Positions 51,775-64,000 of a DNA stretch of 64,000 bases are shown here, piece by piece (the first letter of the stretch is position 1; every line of letters starts with the position of its first letter). The notes below the pieces were generated by a model. That model was not told the DNA's origin. It saw nothing but the letters and a program-made list of their open reading frames with translations, and did no database searches. A program made the position numbers and the translations under genes. Source of the DNA: Balanoglossus misakiensis (lineage: Eukaryota; Animalia; Hemichordata); contig CM082578.2 of assembly GCA_040954595.2 (NCBI GenBank), positions 5,500,831-5,564,830 of the forward strand. Reading direction: 5' to 3'.

Positions 51775-54700
51775 ATGGCAGACGACAAAGTTGTTGTGCG
51801 GGGTCGGGGACGACCGAAAAAATCCCCGAGCAAGAAATTTTCACGTGCAACGTACGAAAAATTAAGAAGAAGAAAACGCATTGTGCTGTCCGAGTCTGTA
51901 TATTTATCCTGGAGAAGTATCAAACAATCTTCGAGCCGTTTTCACCGTGTTTCGGACAGCGATTTTGCAGGTTTACTTCTGCGGTCTTTCACCTTGACGT
52001 AAGTACATGTACATAGTACCTCCGTAGAATACGAGAGAAAACGGCCCCACAACGAAGACTTCCTCGAAACGAAAAATAAGGCCTTTATACGAACTGAAAT
52101 CGTCCCTTTATAACCTCAGCTTCTTGTCGATTTTTATTTATTTATTTTTATTTTATTTTTTTGCTGGCGCAGAGACACTCGATCACTGTCAGGTAATCGT
52201 GTGAAGGCTATGTCGGCACCGTACCCGAACTATCGCTAGGGATCACTGCCAATTTGTACAATTTTTGTACATCTTTTTGAAATTTGTTTCAATCGCAGCC
52301 TGCCTCCACGAGCACGTTGAAGCTTTTCTCTCTTTTCATGCTCTTCCGGAGACGTAGCGTGAGGCCATATATATGCGTGAGACCGTCTTCGTTGTGGGGC
52401 CTTTTCAACACCCTCCTTATTCTATACTGTATAAGTCGATCGTTGCGTCGTCAACATGTTAGCTGTTCACGAAGTTTGAGGTTTCGGCAAGTTTTGTGTA
52501 GACAGTAAAATCTAGTGTGCCCAGAACGTTATTTTTTTCCATTTTATACCAGGTTGTTTCACGTCACCATGGCAACGGTATAAACTTCTAGGCCCTATTG
52601 TTATCCTTGGCTATACTGCTTGGAGCCATACGAGCTTATATTTATACTGGGATAGGGCCAGTACTAGTTCTGCAGTACGTACCCTTGTTTGATCCATAGT
52701 GGCTTTCCAGTACATTTATTTGATCTTGCATTTTATATATGTTTTTGTCAATTATTCTCTTGTAGGCATCCCGACACTTGTAAAATGTCAACTCCAGTAA
52801 GTAGTGCCAGAGGAAAGCCACAAATACTTACACCGAGGCAACTGTTTCCCGATAATTTGTCCCCTATACGCAATGAAAGGTAAGTGAAGAAAATATAACT
52901 TTTTGTATCTTGTTAAATTGTAAGGTGGTACTATTTCAGTTATAACTAGAAAAAAAATATATAGAAAAGTGAATGTTTTTCATGTTTTACATGTGTCATG
53001 AAGCGACGTCTTGTTCTGGGAAATGACTGCATTCTGTGGATCTATACCATACTATATCTATAGAAATAATGTCTCCAAATGTCTACAACCCATGAATTTA
53101 TCAGCTAAGCTGGTAAATTTGAACTATAAGATATATCTGCCTGTCATATTATGCATGACCTTAGTTGCCATATGACCTTTACTGTATGTTTGATTTGCTA
53201 TACATTTATTTCTATAGTGAAAAAGTTGATGTCTATATTAATCTACAGCAATATTGAGTATGCTGCATCCACACAGTCGAGTGCTGACCCAGTCACTGAC
53301 ACTATTGCACATAATAGTAATAGTCTTGTGGAGAGTGGCATCAATTTAGAGTGGGCAATGGCAAATGGTCAAACTAACAGAGATATTGTTGTTGAAGTTT
53401 GTGAGACTGATTCATGTCAGAAACAGGTTGATAATCATGTTGATAGTGGTGCTGGCTCTGACAGTGATACAGATGTTGATCCTCCTGAATTACTGGCTAT
53501 GGATGAGATTTGTTCTGATGACAGTGGTAGTGAAGGTGATGCTGATTTGGAGTTGTCTATTGTTGATGATCTTGCGGAAACTGATTTAAGAACCGCTGAG
53601 ATTGTTTGTGACCAGGGAGGGGGTTTAACACACACACAACAAACCACACAGCCAACACCTGCAATCACAGTGCCACCCACATGTACACAGCAGAAAGTAC
53701 ACAATTCACAGTCTAGACCAACTCTTTGGCCTCAACAACACATTGGTGATGGTGCTTCGGAATTTTCACAGGATATTGATACTGAGCATGATTTTGTTGC
53801 ATCTGAAAGGCTTTTGCCCCCAAATTACCACAATGCAATGGTTACTGATGATTTACTTTGGGAAGAGAAACAAGTAGCTGAGAAGCGATTTGTTTGCAAT
53901 CTGGGAAATCTTCGGAAACTATTTCCAAAACAGTGCCTGGTGAAAGGTTGTAGTCATAATGTAAAGGTTACAGAGTACGCAGTTGGTTGTACCGTAGTAA
54001 TTTGTTGGTTGTGTGAAGTTGGGCACAATGGAGAGTGGGCGTCCTCAGATACGGATGGCAGGTGTTACACCAATAATGTGCTTATGGCAAGTTCTATTTT
54101 TTTATCAGGGAATAATTATAGAAAATTTTCTTTGTTGTGCCAAGCCTTTAATTTACTTCATGTATCCGAATCAACATTCTATCGAATCACCCGTTTATAT
54201 ACTGCTCCAACAATTAATTGGTTTTGGCAAAACACACAAAATATGATGTTTAGTGCACTGGAAGGTTGTGCGGTGTTTCTGGCAGGGGATGGCAGAAGTG
54301 ATTCACCTGGATTCTGTGCACAGTATTGCTCGTATACATTTATGGAGAATAGGCTGGGCTATTTATTGCATAGTGTTTTGACTGACAAGCGAGAAGTAGC
54401 CCTTAAGAGTCCTGTAATGGAAACGCACGCCTTCAAGAAAGGTCTCCTGTTCCTGATGGAAAACTTAAATGTTCAGGAAGTAACTACAGATGCTAGTTCA
54501 CAAATTATGTCTGTGATGAGTAAGTTGTATTATATCTGGTAGTTGGCCATAAGGCTTTGTCAACTGAAAATAGATGTATATCTAATAAATTGTTATATAC
54601 CATTGAAAAACTCTATGTAGGTTGTTTGCTAAAGCAATGAAAAAGATGATTTCCAGCAATCCACATATATAATATCATGTAGTTAACTGCCCCAAATAAA

Positions 54701-56847
54701 TTAACAAACATGCATGGCTAATGTAGTTTAATGAATAATTGTCAGGCAAGTCCTGTCAGCACCTAATATTCAAGAAATGTATTACTTTAGTTTTTAAGTA
54801 TAATTAAGGTTACTATCAAATTTTTCGTTGTCCTTATTTTGGTAGTACAAAATGTACAATTGTAGCATGGTTGTGTTGATTGTACATAAAAATATTGTAG
54901 ACAGCTGAATTTGGTTTTCTTGTACATGTTTGTTTATTAGGTACATGATTATGTCTCAGTGATGTAATTGAGAAATAGCATGTTATTGTTTACCCATGCT
55001 TTATGTGTGAAACTGACCAGGGAAATGTTACAAATAATATAGCAATATTGAGAAGAGTTAAATTACTTATTAACTGTTTTTACATACCGTGTCAATTTCT
55101 GCAGTGATAGATAGTGAATTCAATTTTCTGAATGATAGACAGCTGATGCAATTATTTTTTTTCAGAAAAGGAACCTTTTAGTAAGGTAGAACACCAGCTA
55201 GATGTCTGGCATAAGTCAGCCAAAATAAATGCAAAATTGTCAGAGGTATGGTAATAAGAGGTACTTGTGAGACTTTTTGCATGTAGACCAAGTGGTGGGG
55301 AACTAATGGATTAATTGTGTAGTGTGCATTCATCCATCCAGAGCCTTTACTAAGACATAAACTTATTTCATTCTAGCTTGGTATTCAATTTTGGTATTGG
55401 CCAGTCTGTGACAGTGTCCTATGACATAGGTGTGCATCTCACTTAACTTGTGTCATGGTATGATTTAATACAGTCAAAGATGGCTGACACTAGTTGGCCA
55501 TTTCATTATGATTTTAAAGCCCAACCAGATCATATTTAGATGTACAGCCACAGTTGATAATATGATTGCGCATACATATCAATATGTTCATTCTGATAGA
55601 GATGTGTGTCACTAAATGCGTCCATTATGTTTCAGGCAGCAAATACTAAAGGGAATGCTGATTTGCTGAAATGGAAATCAGCCATCCGGAATCACTTCTG
55701 GTATAGCTCCCGAACGTGTGGTGGTGATGTTGATGTACTAAAGGTAATTAACTTTCAGTTTGTAAGATACAAAACAGCATGCAGCGCATTCTATTATAAT
55801 AGTCTATCTCTTAATCGTCTTAGAAGTGTTGTCTTATTTATTTTTATCCTTTTTATCTCATATCTGCCACAGAACAAATGGACCAGTATCCTACATCATG
55901 TGACAGGGACTCATGAATGGTTTGGAGGTGCATGTGATCATGGCCCTATTGATGATTCCACTAAATTACTTGATGCTGATTCACCACCTATGGAAGCTCT
56001 TCGACAGATTGTCATGGACAGAAACCTTCTCAAGTCATTAGTGTACTACACTAAATTTAGGTAATGTACATGTAGTTATTATTGTGTCAATTTTTCTGAC
56101 AGTGATTAAGAGCTTATCAGATAGGTTTATTGTCCGTTGTCATCCTTCTCTCCATTTGTTTGTCAATAATCAACTGGTCATACATTTTGTTGAAAATATG
56201 AACTGAATTGGCCGAATTATCAAAAGTTAAGAATTACTTGTCAGAATGTTTTGATGTAATAGTCATTGACTAAATGAGGCTCTCTAATATGAATATGTAC
56301 TTGCTCAACAGACATACAGGATACCTTGAATCCTTTCACAACACTTTGCTTATGTATGCATCCAAGAGGACATCATATAAGTAAGTATGCAATACACTGA
56401 CTACACATTATATGTTATTGGTATAGGACTCATGATACATAAAATACTGAAATATAAATGTTCATAACTGTAATCATTTTAATTTTCCTATGTAGGTATG
56501 AAAATATGAAAGCCCGTGTCTTGCTTGCAGCTATCGATCACAATCACCATTTACATCGCACACAAACCCGAACAAAGGCTGGTGAGCTGAGATATGCCAG
56601 AAAGTACAGCAAAAGATCACAGAGGTGGACTGCAGTGCCAGTCAAGGAGACCAAGACACACTCATATCTGCCGATCCTCACTGCTGTTATCCTGAATAAG
56701 AGAAGGACTGATCCCAAGGGGATTAAACAGCCAGCTGTTCTCTCCGAAGACGACCCACGCCATATCGCTCCATGTATTGCTCCTGTTCCTCCTGTGCAAA
56801 CATGTGTCATAGTCAATGAGCAAATATCAAGATTTCAAAATAAGTGA
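51775..56847 (+). CDS. Kolobok DDE transposase, 8 exons, ~801 aa
   Basis: Exons 51775-51998, 52766-52879, 53249-54519, 55166-55245, 55636-55743, 55873-56060, 56312-56380 and 56496-56847. All introns are GT-AG and phase-compatible with no internal stop. Motifs GDGRSDSPGFCAQY, VTTDAS, LDVWH, NHFWY, HTGYLESFH, LAAIDHNHH; AT-hook RGRGRPKK. Confidence 0.88.
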
Positions 56848-57423
56848 ATCAAGCTGATTCAAATTTTGTGGGCAAGTCCTTTATGGTCAGGTGATTGAAG
56901 TAAGATATTGTAAAAACAAAACAGGTAATTTTTGTTGAAAAGGCCAATTGTCTTTCCAATGTGTTCAAATGTATTCTGATAGGCGCAACACTGCAGTGTG
57001 GTATTTTCTCTCAAGAGATGTATATCCCCAGATGTAAAGTTTAACAATAAACCATAATGTTTTTTATCACATTAGTTTTCTCAGTGTTTTCATCATGGAT
57101 CGCCAAAGTTAGATGCAATGGAAAAGCACAAATATCAAGTTGTCTGACATACCTGTATAACAATGCAAGGAAACAGACACAAATGACATCATTTTAATGA
57201 ATGAATAAATTTATTTTCTTTAAAAGGCAACAACATGGCACAGGAAAAGCACATTTCAAATTTGAATTCAATAAAACCAGAACAATCATGCCAAAAAAGA
57301 CATCTAAAATTAAACTAGTACTTGTGGGATGTGGATATAAAAGTTGTCAAATTTGAACTTCACTGAAATTATATTGTTTAACACTGCACTTAGTTTAAAG
57401 CTATATTATAAAATAATGCGATT

Positions 57424-59407
57424 TTAATTCCTCCCAGAGTCCCGAAATCCAGTATATTTACCATCTCCAGAAGGAAATTTATCCCGTATCATCCACACCA
57501 CACAAGATGGGCACACAACACGGTTACCCTTACCAAGTCTACCGTACTCCCACATAACATACTGACGGTACCCAGAATGCCGCATTGAGCGATTGTCATA
57601 TGTGGGAGTACGTACAAAATCGTATGATCGGCTTGTGATGGCAGTGCGCAAAACTTCACCCATTGAACAAACTTGACGACAGTTGGGTGAAAGTGTGATG
57701 CAGGATCTCTTCCTACAGCAAGTCATTTCTCTTGCTGTAGGCATAGGCCTACATCTTTGGCACTTACACCATTCTGGGACCTTGTGCTGAGTTGGTGGAT
57801 AGGAAGATGGACCCTGGTCCTGCATTATTGTTTCTGCAATATTTGGATGCTTGTTGAGGATGCTTCTCAAGACCCCTTTCATTTTTCCCTCATCAAGTGA
57901 ATCTATATAAGTCTGCAAATAAAATAAAAAAAGCAAAAACGCACAGAAATGAAAATACACTCAAGAATTACAATATTATGCCAAAGCAGACAAATTTTGT
58001 GTACACAATCAGTGAAAATAAAATTTTCTTATATCTACTTTGTAATTAAATGAGAAAGATCACAGTTCAAGTATTGAAGATTGATATTCCTGAACCAGGC
58101 AATAAATAATTTTCACCTACCTCAACAGTGTCATTCCTTTCGTAGGTGGTCATTTGTCTGTCTTCAGCGTTTTCAACGGTACTGTCGATTTGTGTAGCCT
58201 AGCAGATATAAAAATGAAATTAATTAATTACCATATATTACAAAAAATACTAGTTTATGTCTATATTATACTATCTAATGTAACGTATAGGGTACATCAA
58301 AGTAAAAACACACTCTCTCTATGTCTGTGTGTGTCTCCCTATCTCCTCCCTCCCAAACACACATACGCTACCAATCGTCAAGCACCATCCTTTTCAAGGC
58401 TACTAGGCTTGTTTGTGGAAATTGGCCCATTCATGAGCAGAAAACATATGACCCTGAAAGTACCCTAACCATTGAATATAACAAAGCCCTAAGCTGTCAA
58501 CAAACAAACAAAAATGACCATTCTTGTAAACAAACAAACAAAATTTTTTTCTGTTTCTTATATCAATCAACAACAAAAACACACTCTACAAATGTGTGCT
58601 GGAATACACTGCACAGGTTGATAATAAGTTGATAGAAAACAAATACTTTTATATTAAATTATCATTTTGCTGAACAGGCTGACCCGGGCATAAATTATGG
58701 GTGTTTATCTAGAAACCGTAAAGAAATAACAGTTGCAGGCGAGTCAAAGATGCAACGTATGTATGTACGCATACGTCAGTTCAATCTCAGCCATATCGTG
58801 ACCGTCGCGTCGCGTCGCCGAACGAAAGTGCAAGGCAACAGATACTTTACTTCCTGTGTTTTCACCGACTGAAAGCAATGAAACTTCCTTCCTACGGTAT
58901 GATAATACAAATTTTGTTCAAAATAGTGGACTGTGCTATATAAACAATGTCAAACAAAAATGTAAACGATGTCTCGAAAAGCGATAACTACCAGGACAGC
59001 CGAAGAAGTACGTAGGCTGAGTACGGGGACTGCCTCCGGCCACTGCAGCCGGTAGACAAGCCAAGACTGCTCGATATGGAAAGTAAACATTCCCTGCGGT
59101 GTATCGTTATAGTAACGCTATCGCCAACTAACACACGAAAACATGAAAAATAATCCTGAAATACTATTAATGACATCGTACTTACTCTGTTTTTGCACCG
59201 ATGTTGGTCGCAGCTGCACTGGTCGGGTATGCAGTGCCCGCGTGACGCCTTCTTACACGGACAGCTCCGCACACAAGCTCCCTTACAATTACAGACACAG
59301 ACTGTAACTTCCCCGCAGTCCATTACATTTGAAAATCCTGCTTCGATTTCGCTAAAAATAGATATTGCGGACTGTCGCCCACTCTGTTGTTGTTGTTGTT
59401 GGTCCAT
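57424..59407 (-). CDS. KolX: KolX accessory protein: N-terminal CXC-like Cys cluster plus C-terminal P2X7-ballast-like Zn domain; 3 exons, ~262 aa
   Basis: Exons 59407-59186, 58198-58121 and 57912-57424, all phase 0 and GT-AG. C-terminal WCKCQRCRPM...E..CC, RHSGYRQY..W, LGKGNRVVCPSCVV..IR..FP, YTGF. Confidence 0.85.
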
Positions 59408-61499
59408 AGCGGTGTTTAAAAATGGCGCCTTAGCAACAATCAGTCAGACGGCCTTTCACATACGTCACGCCTCTTTTACCATATATAGAATATGCAAATT
59501 TCAGGTGACTGTATACCTTTAAAGTGAAAACCTTGTGCGTCTTGCTTTAAAATTCCTTGCCTACAGTATGGGGTTCTGCCAATCAATAAGAACTATACTA
59601 ATTATACTAAATGTAAATCTTATTATCCATTTAAAGCTGATACAATGTATCTTTTAATTGTTCTAATTCAATGTTCTAATCAAATAAAACAAATCCGTAC
59701 ATTATATTATATAGCTCTATAATTCGTCAGTTGAGCTCTCTAGCAGTCCGATGAAAACAACAGTGTTCTACCTACTTATATACAAGACTCCCTGGTCCCC
59801 CAAATTTATTCGATTAATCAGTGACGCGCACACACGCAGAAATTGACTTGACAACTTGAAAAAGAAACCACTAAAAACGACGTCGCATTAACGCTTAAAG
59901 GTACCTCAGCTGACATTACTATTGGGTGCCAAAAGAACGCACGCAATGGCTTAACTTGTACAGCTATGGGCGTTTTGTCGACTTCGAATGAGGATCAATT
60001 AGTACAGGAAGCAACCTTTTCTAGGTCATTGGTTTCCCATACGCAAACAATCCACCATTCTCGGCTTCTTACCTTCAGATTACTCACGATTAACTGAACA
60101 GTAAGTCTTCGATCATGCTGAAAATATCGAGTAATGCGGTTGTGCGGTTTGATCTTGCATTCCAGCAAAACTCTTTTCATTAGACCCTTTATCCGGCAAT
60201 GGGTTGTTGTGTGGCGTCTGACTCACAGAGGAGTTGTTTTGATGCTAAACACAAATCTGGTAGTTGGAAAGCTAAATATTTATTGAGGAAATTATTTGTT
60301 GTGTCAGTCAATGTATACCATCATCCCCTCAGTGGCGAAACACTTATCTGCTCCATGATGAAGGATTTAAATTCCATGGAAACGGAATGGCCAATCAAGA
60401 TATTTACACAAGGTCCACGGTATAATACTGTACGCAATCGCTAGAGAACATTGTGCTCATGGCTATTTTGTTTATCAGTGGCATTGATCACTACAGTTAG
60501 AAATAATCGCGGTTCGCAAAGGATATTCAGAATAAATTAAATACAAATGAAGGAATAAATTGCAAAACTACGATCGCCATACTGATCAAAAGGGGTACTT
60601 ACAAATTTAAAGCAATTTCTGTTATCTTTTTATGTAATATATTGCGCATGATGCCGTTACTCACTGTCAGCCTATAATCTCCTAAGATAAGGCAGCGGCT
60701 CGGAGAGTATATCATGAAATCGATATTTGAATCGATATTTGAACCCGTGATAAATACTCTTAAATGTGCTTTAAATATTATGTTAGCTTACCGTACATAC
60801 TAATTGATTTTAGGAATGTACCGTTATTGTGCCTGGATATTGTTAATTCGAGAAATATCTGAGAATATATTTGGAAGATTGATTCCAAACTTCTTTTTGT
60901 TAAGTAATTAACCATTCACGTTTTCCATCCTGAGCAAACCTTAGAGTAAGCATACTGGGTTAACGTGTTAGCTTCTCGATTTGAGGTTATTCTCTTAAAA
61001 GACTGAGTTTCCATTCCACTGAATTGAGTAGGTGGCATCAGGTGGTGAATATGTCTGAATATAAAACTGTATAAAGACGTGATCTCAGATCCCATAAGAT
61101 AAATTAATGTTTCAAGTGTGACAGTTTCAGATAAATTGTCACTTATGTGTAATAAGGAAGGGTGTACTCTACAGCGAACACTGGCTCCTTCTTACATGAT
61201 GTGTTTGTTGTTGTCATGTGTATGCTTTGTTCATTGGAAACTAAAGACACTAAAGATCACTTTCTATTTCAATGTCTGTAGGAACTACAGATTCTGCTCT
61301 CGATTAATACTGGTTAGACTTGCTCCCAGTTTATGGATGCGTACGTCAGCCACGAATTCGAAATTTAGCTCAGTATACCAGATACTGGCTCCAATGAAGC
61401 AAATGCACGAACAATCTTGAGAATTTTTATAAAGACCATAAATCACCAAGCAACTAGGGGGCTAGTGTAAACATGGATCACTGATGGTCAACAATGCGT

Positions 61500-61830
61500 C
61501 GCCAAAATTTGCTCACGTTTCCGTATCTCCGTTATTGGACAATAAGTAATCAAGGCAACTTAAAATTATACTCCCTGAAAAATGAAAATTTAAATTGGGG
61601 GCTCACCGTGCAAAATTTTGAATGGAAGAGCAGAGCTGTGTCAAATTGTCTGAAATTCGAAATTCAAAATGGCCGCCAATCTCTGAGTTAAGTCTCGGGG
61701 GGAAATTTAAAGTACGGTGTTCATGAAAACATGACCATGAACACCATGTTTTCTTCTTTTATTCCAAAAAGACCCCCACACACTTTACCATGGCAAAGAA
61801 TTGAAAGGTTAAGAGGAGGTGAAAACAGAC
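61500..61830. repeat. Probable diverged interspersed repeat (non-autonomous DNA-transposon-like)
   Basis: Contains CTCACCGTGCAAAATTTTG and AAATTCAAAATGGCCGCC motifs typical of marine-invertebrate MITE interiors. Termini were not identified. Confidence 0.3.
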
Positions 61831-63036
61831 GACGAAGAGATCATAAATCGAAATACACCTGCATCAATGTAATGCCTTACACGTGTACTCTACATAAGCA
61901 AAACGCATTAAACTTTATGAACTCTTTAACATTAAAACGAAGCTCTGAAAAATGTTGGTAACATAGTCATGTTGCTCGGGTGACAAAGTCGTAAACATAT
62001 CCTGTCATCGTTTACTTAATTTTTCCCCCAAGGAACTCTCAGATGTATTTTGTTCCCATCAGTGAAATGCAGTGGGAGGCTTTCTGTTGTGGACGCTTCG
62101 GGACGCCACTTTCCCTAAGTTGTCTGGGTGTTGAAAGAGGGACCCTATCGTGGAACGTGGTCAATGGAGAACAGTATAATAGACAGTAGTTTGTGGTGCC
62201 AGGTACACCGCCTCACCGCGACCTTTTAGAGAGTTCAAACCCCTTAACACCCACTCATGAGTCGGACTGAACTTAAAGCGCCTGTCCCTTCTCACTCTGC
62301 AAAGGGTGAGTTTGTTTTGTGTTGAGTCTTGCAAGTAATCGAGGTTGCTTCAATCTACATGTAGAACATGAGACAGTCACTAGGGTCTGACTTGCACTGA
62401 TGTTAACGATTTGGTATCCGAAGTAGAGTTAAATGAAATGCCCATTACCGAGGGATAATTGTCATATTTGTGGCTGTTTTATTCTGTGTCCCCTACCCCG
62501 GCGGAGAACTGAACATGTATTATCCTAAGCTTTTTTGCAAGGGGCCACTTTTATGGAGGTGGCACAGCCGCGCTGAACAGAATCACCGAGACGTCACTGC
62601 GTACTTTTCGCCAGTGTAAATCATTCTATCGCAATTACTTATTTACTTATAGGTTTCACAGTGTACTTCAGCTATGTATATTCTGTAGTATAAATCATGA
62701 GGCACCTCTAAATCAACAACAGTTCTTATACATATTTAGGCAATGTGCTCGTCATCCGTAAAGCACCCCCCTTCTCTCTCTCCCGCTAGGTGAATGCAGA
62801 AGGCCAATCCCAAATAATAAACAACCAGTTTTGCATGAGAGTGCATTCGCATAGTTAAATAGAGCACGGGATCTCTTGTCACCAACACAGGGTTCTGGCG
62901 ACCGCAATCCCAAAACATTGTAAAAGCGAAGTGAAGTTTTCACAAGAACAACGGACGTCTTGGACACATCATCGTAAAGATCTTACAGGTACACACACGG
63001 TAGTGCGATATATTGCTACCCGATCAAATAAGACGC

Positions 63037-63972
63037 ATGAAAATGAAGACCTATATCTTTGCACTGTTCTTGAGCGTGCTGATCACAGGTAAGGCGTAAA
63101 TCCTTGCTAAAAGATTTCTGCCTTTACTCCGTGCAGGTACATTGTAACACCGTCAGCAAATCATCGTTGGGGAACGAGATCTACGCCAATTTGGCCAAAA
63201 TCTCAAAGGTGTAATATAACCCCTAAATTTAATTTAGTTTGTTTAGCAGCCACAGAATTATGCTAAGGAAACTTCGTCGTCATAAGTCCACAAAAATCAG
63301 TCTGTATACACACGACGCCCGTCTCTATATCTCCACTATACGAACTATAAAAGTCTGACTTGATCAATGCAGTGAAGTTATGTCAGTACACAAAAGTTTA
63401 CGAGAAAAGTCTAAGTGACCTATTTCAAGGGGAACCTTTTGTATGGTTTTTCGTCTTGCATATTTTAAGTCGTTGTGACCCCGAAGTGTGGCCCTACTTT
63501 GGTAAATGTAAAGTGCCTCTATTCAAGTATTCCCGCAAAGGCTGTTTAACAGTGCGGACACAAGGTATAGGCGTTCAACTTAGAGAACGAGCGTCCACAA
63601 AGCATTTGGGGTACAACAACGCACTGAATCCGACAGAAGTCATACTCATAACAACGGGCTTGGTCAATTTTGTCCTGCCTTGGAAATAAGTTATGGTTAT
63701 GGCACTATGGTCAATTTGCCCTTCTCCAATTTATTCACGGCGTGGATTTACATTGGTGAGGAGCGGATATATTGAGGATTCTGAAAGTTGATGTTTACTT
63801 TTCTATTTCCCTCCAGAGTCCTGTGTTGCAGACCCAACTGATCCACCAACACCACCAGCACCTACATGTAGCCATGGCTGCATGAACGGCGCTCCCTGTG
63901 AATGGCCGGGATATGGAGATGAATATCATTGTCAGTGTCCCGAAGGTTTCACCGGGGTATTCTGCGAAACAG
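63037..63972 (+). CDS. 5' part of a gene for a secreted or membrane EGF-like-domain protein (continues beyond the window)
   Basis: Exon 63037-63088 encodes signal peptide MKMKTYIFALFLSVLIT with a phase-1 donor. Exon 63817-63972 (phase 1-1) encodes ESCVADPTDPPTPPAPTCSHGCMNGAPCEWPGYGDEYHCQCPEGFTGVFCET, a six-Cys EGF pattern. Confidence 0.82.
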
Positions 63973-64000
63973 GTATAAAGCCAATTTAATGTCTAACACG

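Larger units (their letters stand above)
51643..59518. mobile_element. Full-length Kolobok DNA transposon (transposase plus KolX)
   Basis: TTAA at 51639-51642 and 59519-59522. TIR AGGTATACGGTCACCTGAA / TTCAGGTGACTGTATACCT (1 mismatch in 19). Two convergent spliced genes inside. Confidence 0.93.

Noticed and set aside
53151-53248. ORF-track start of the 463-aa transposase ORF
   Set aside because: This stretch is intronic read-through; a phase-compatible acceptor lies at 53249.
57424-57960. P2X7 receptor gene
   Set aside because: Only the ballast-like domain is present, with no transmembrane or ectodomain exons, and it lies inside transposon TIRs.
51643-59518. KolobokP-type composite structure with long terminal direct repeats and a His-Me nuclease
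   Set aside because: I see no internal TIR copies or long direct repeats, and the second gene is KolX-type.

Overview
AT-rich, intron-containing animal genomic DNA dominated by transposable elements. The repeat and gene content suggest a marine invertebrate (inference). Host genes are a 3-exon core-1 beta-1,3-galactosyltransferase-like gene (2343-4592, +), an intronless orphan class A GPCR (37326-38309, +) and the first two coding exons of a secreted or membrane EGF-domain protein at the right edge. The main element is an apparently intact 7.9-kb Kolobok DNA transposon (51643-59518, TTAA target duplications). It carries an 8-exon DDE transposase and a convergent 3-exon KolX gene, in which a 9-Cys CXC-like domain is joined to a P2X7-ballast-like Zn domain. 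A 573-bp non-autonomous element with the same ends lies at 16580-17152. Also notable: a DD37E Tc1/IS630-type element built from two transposase 3' ends and carrying a SAM-like ORF (29563-31727); a 3.5-kb foldback element with ~1.45-kb inverted arms (43421-46891); double-hairpin MITEs; a probable decayed Merlin element; and several LINE fragments. All calls come from reading the sequence by eye; no database searches were run.
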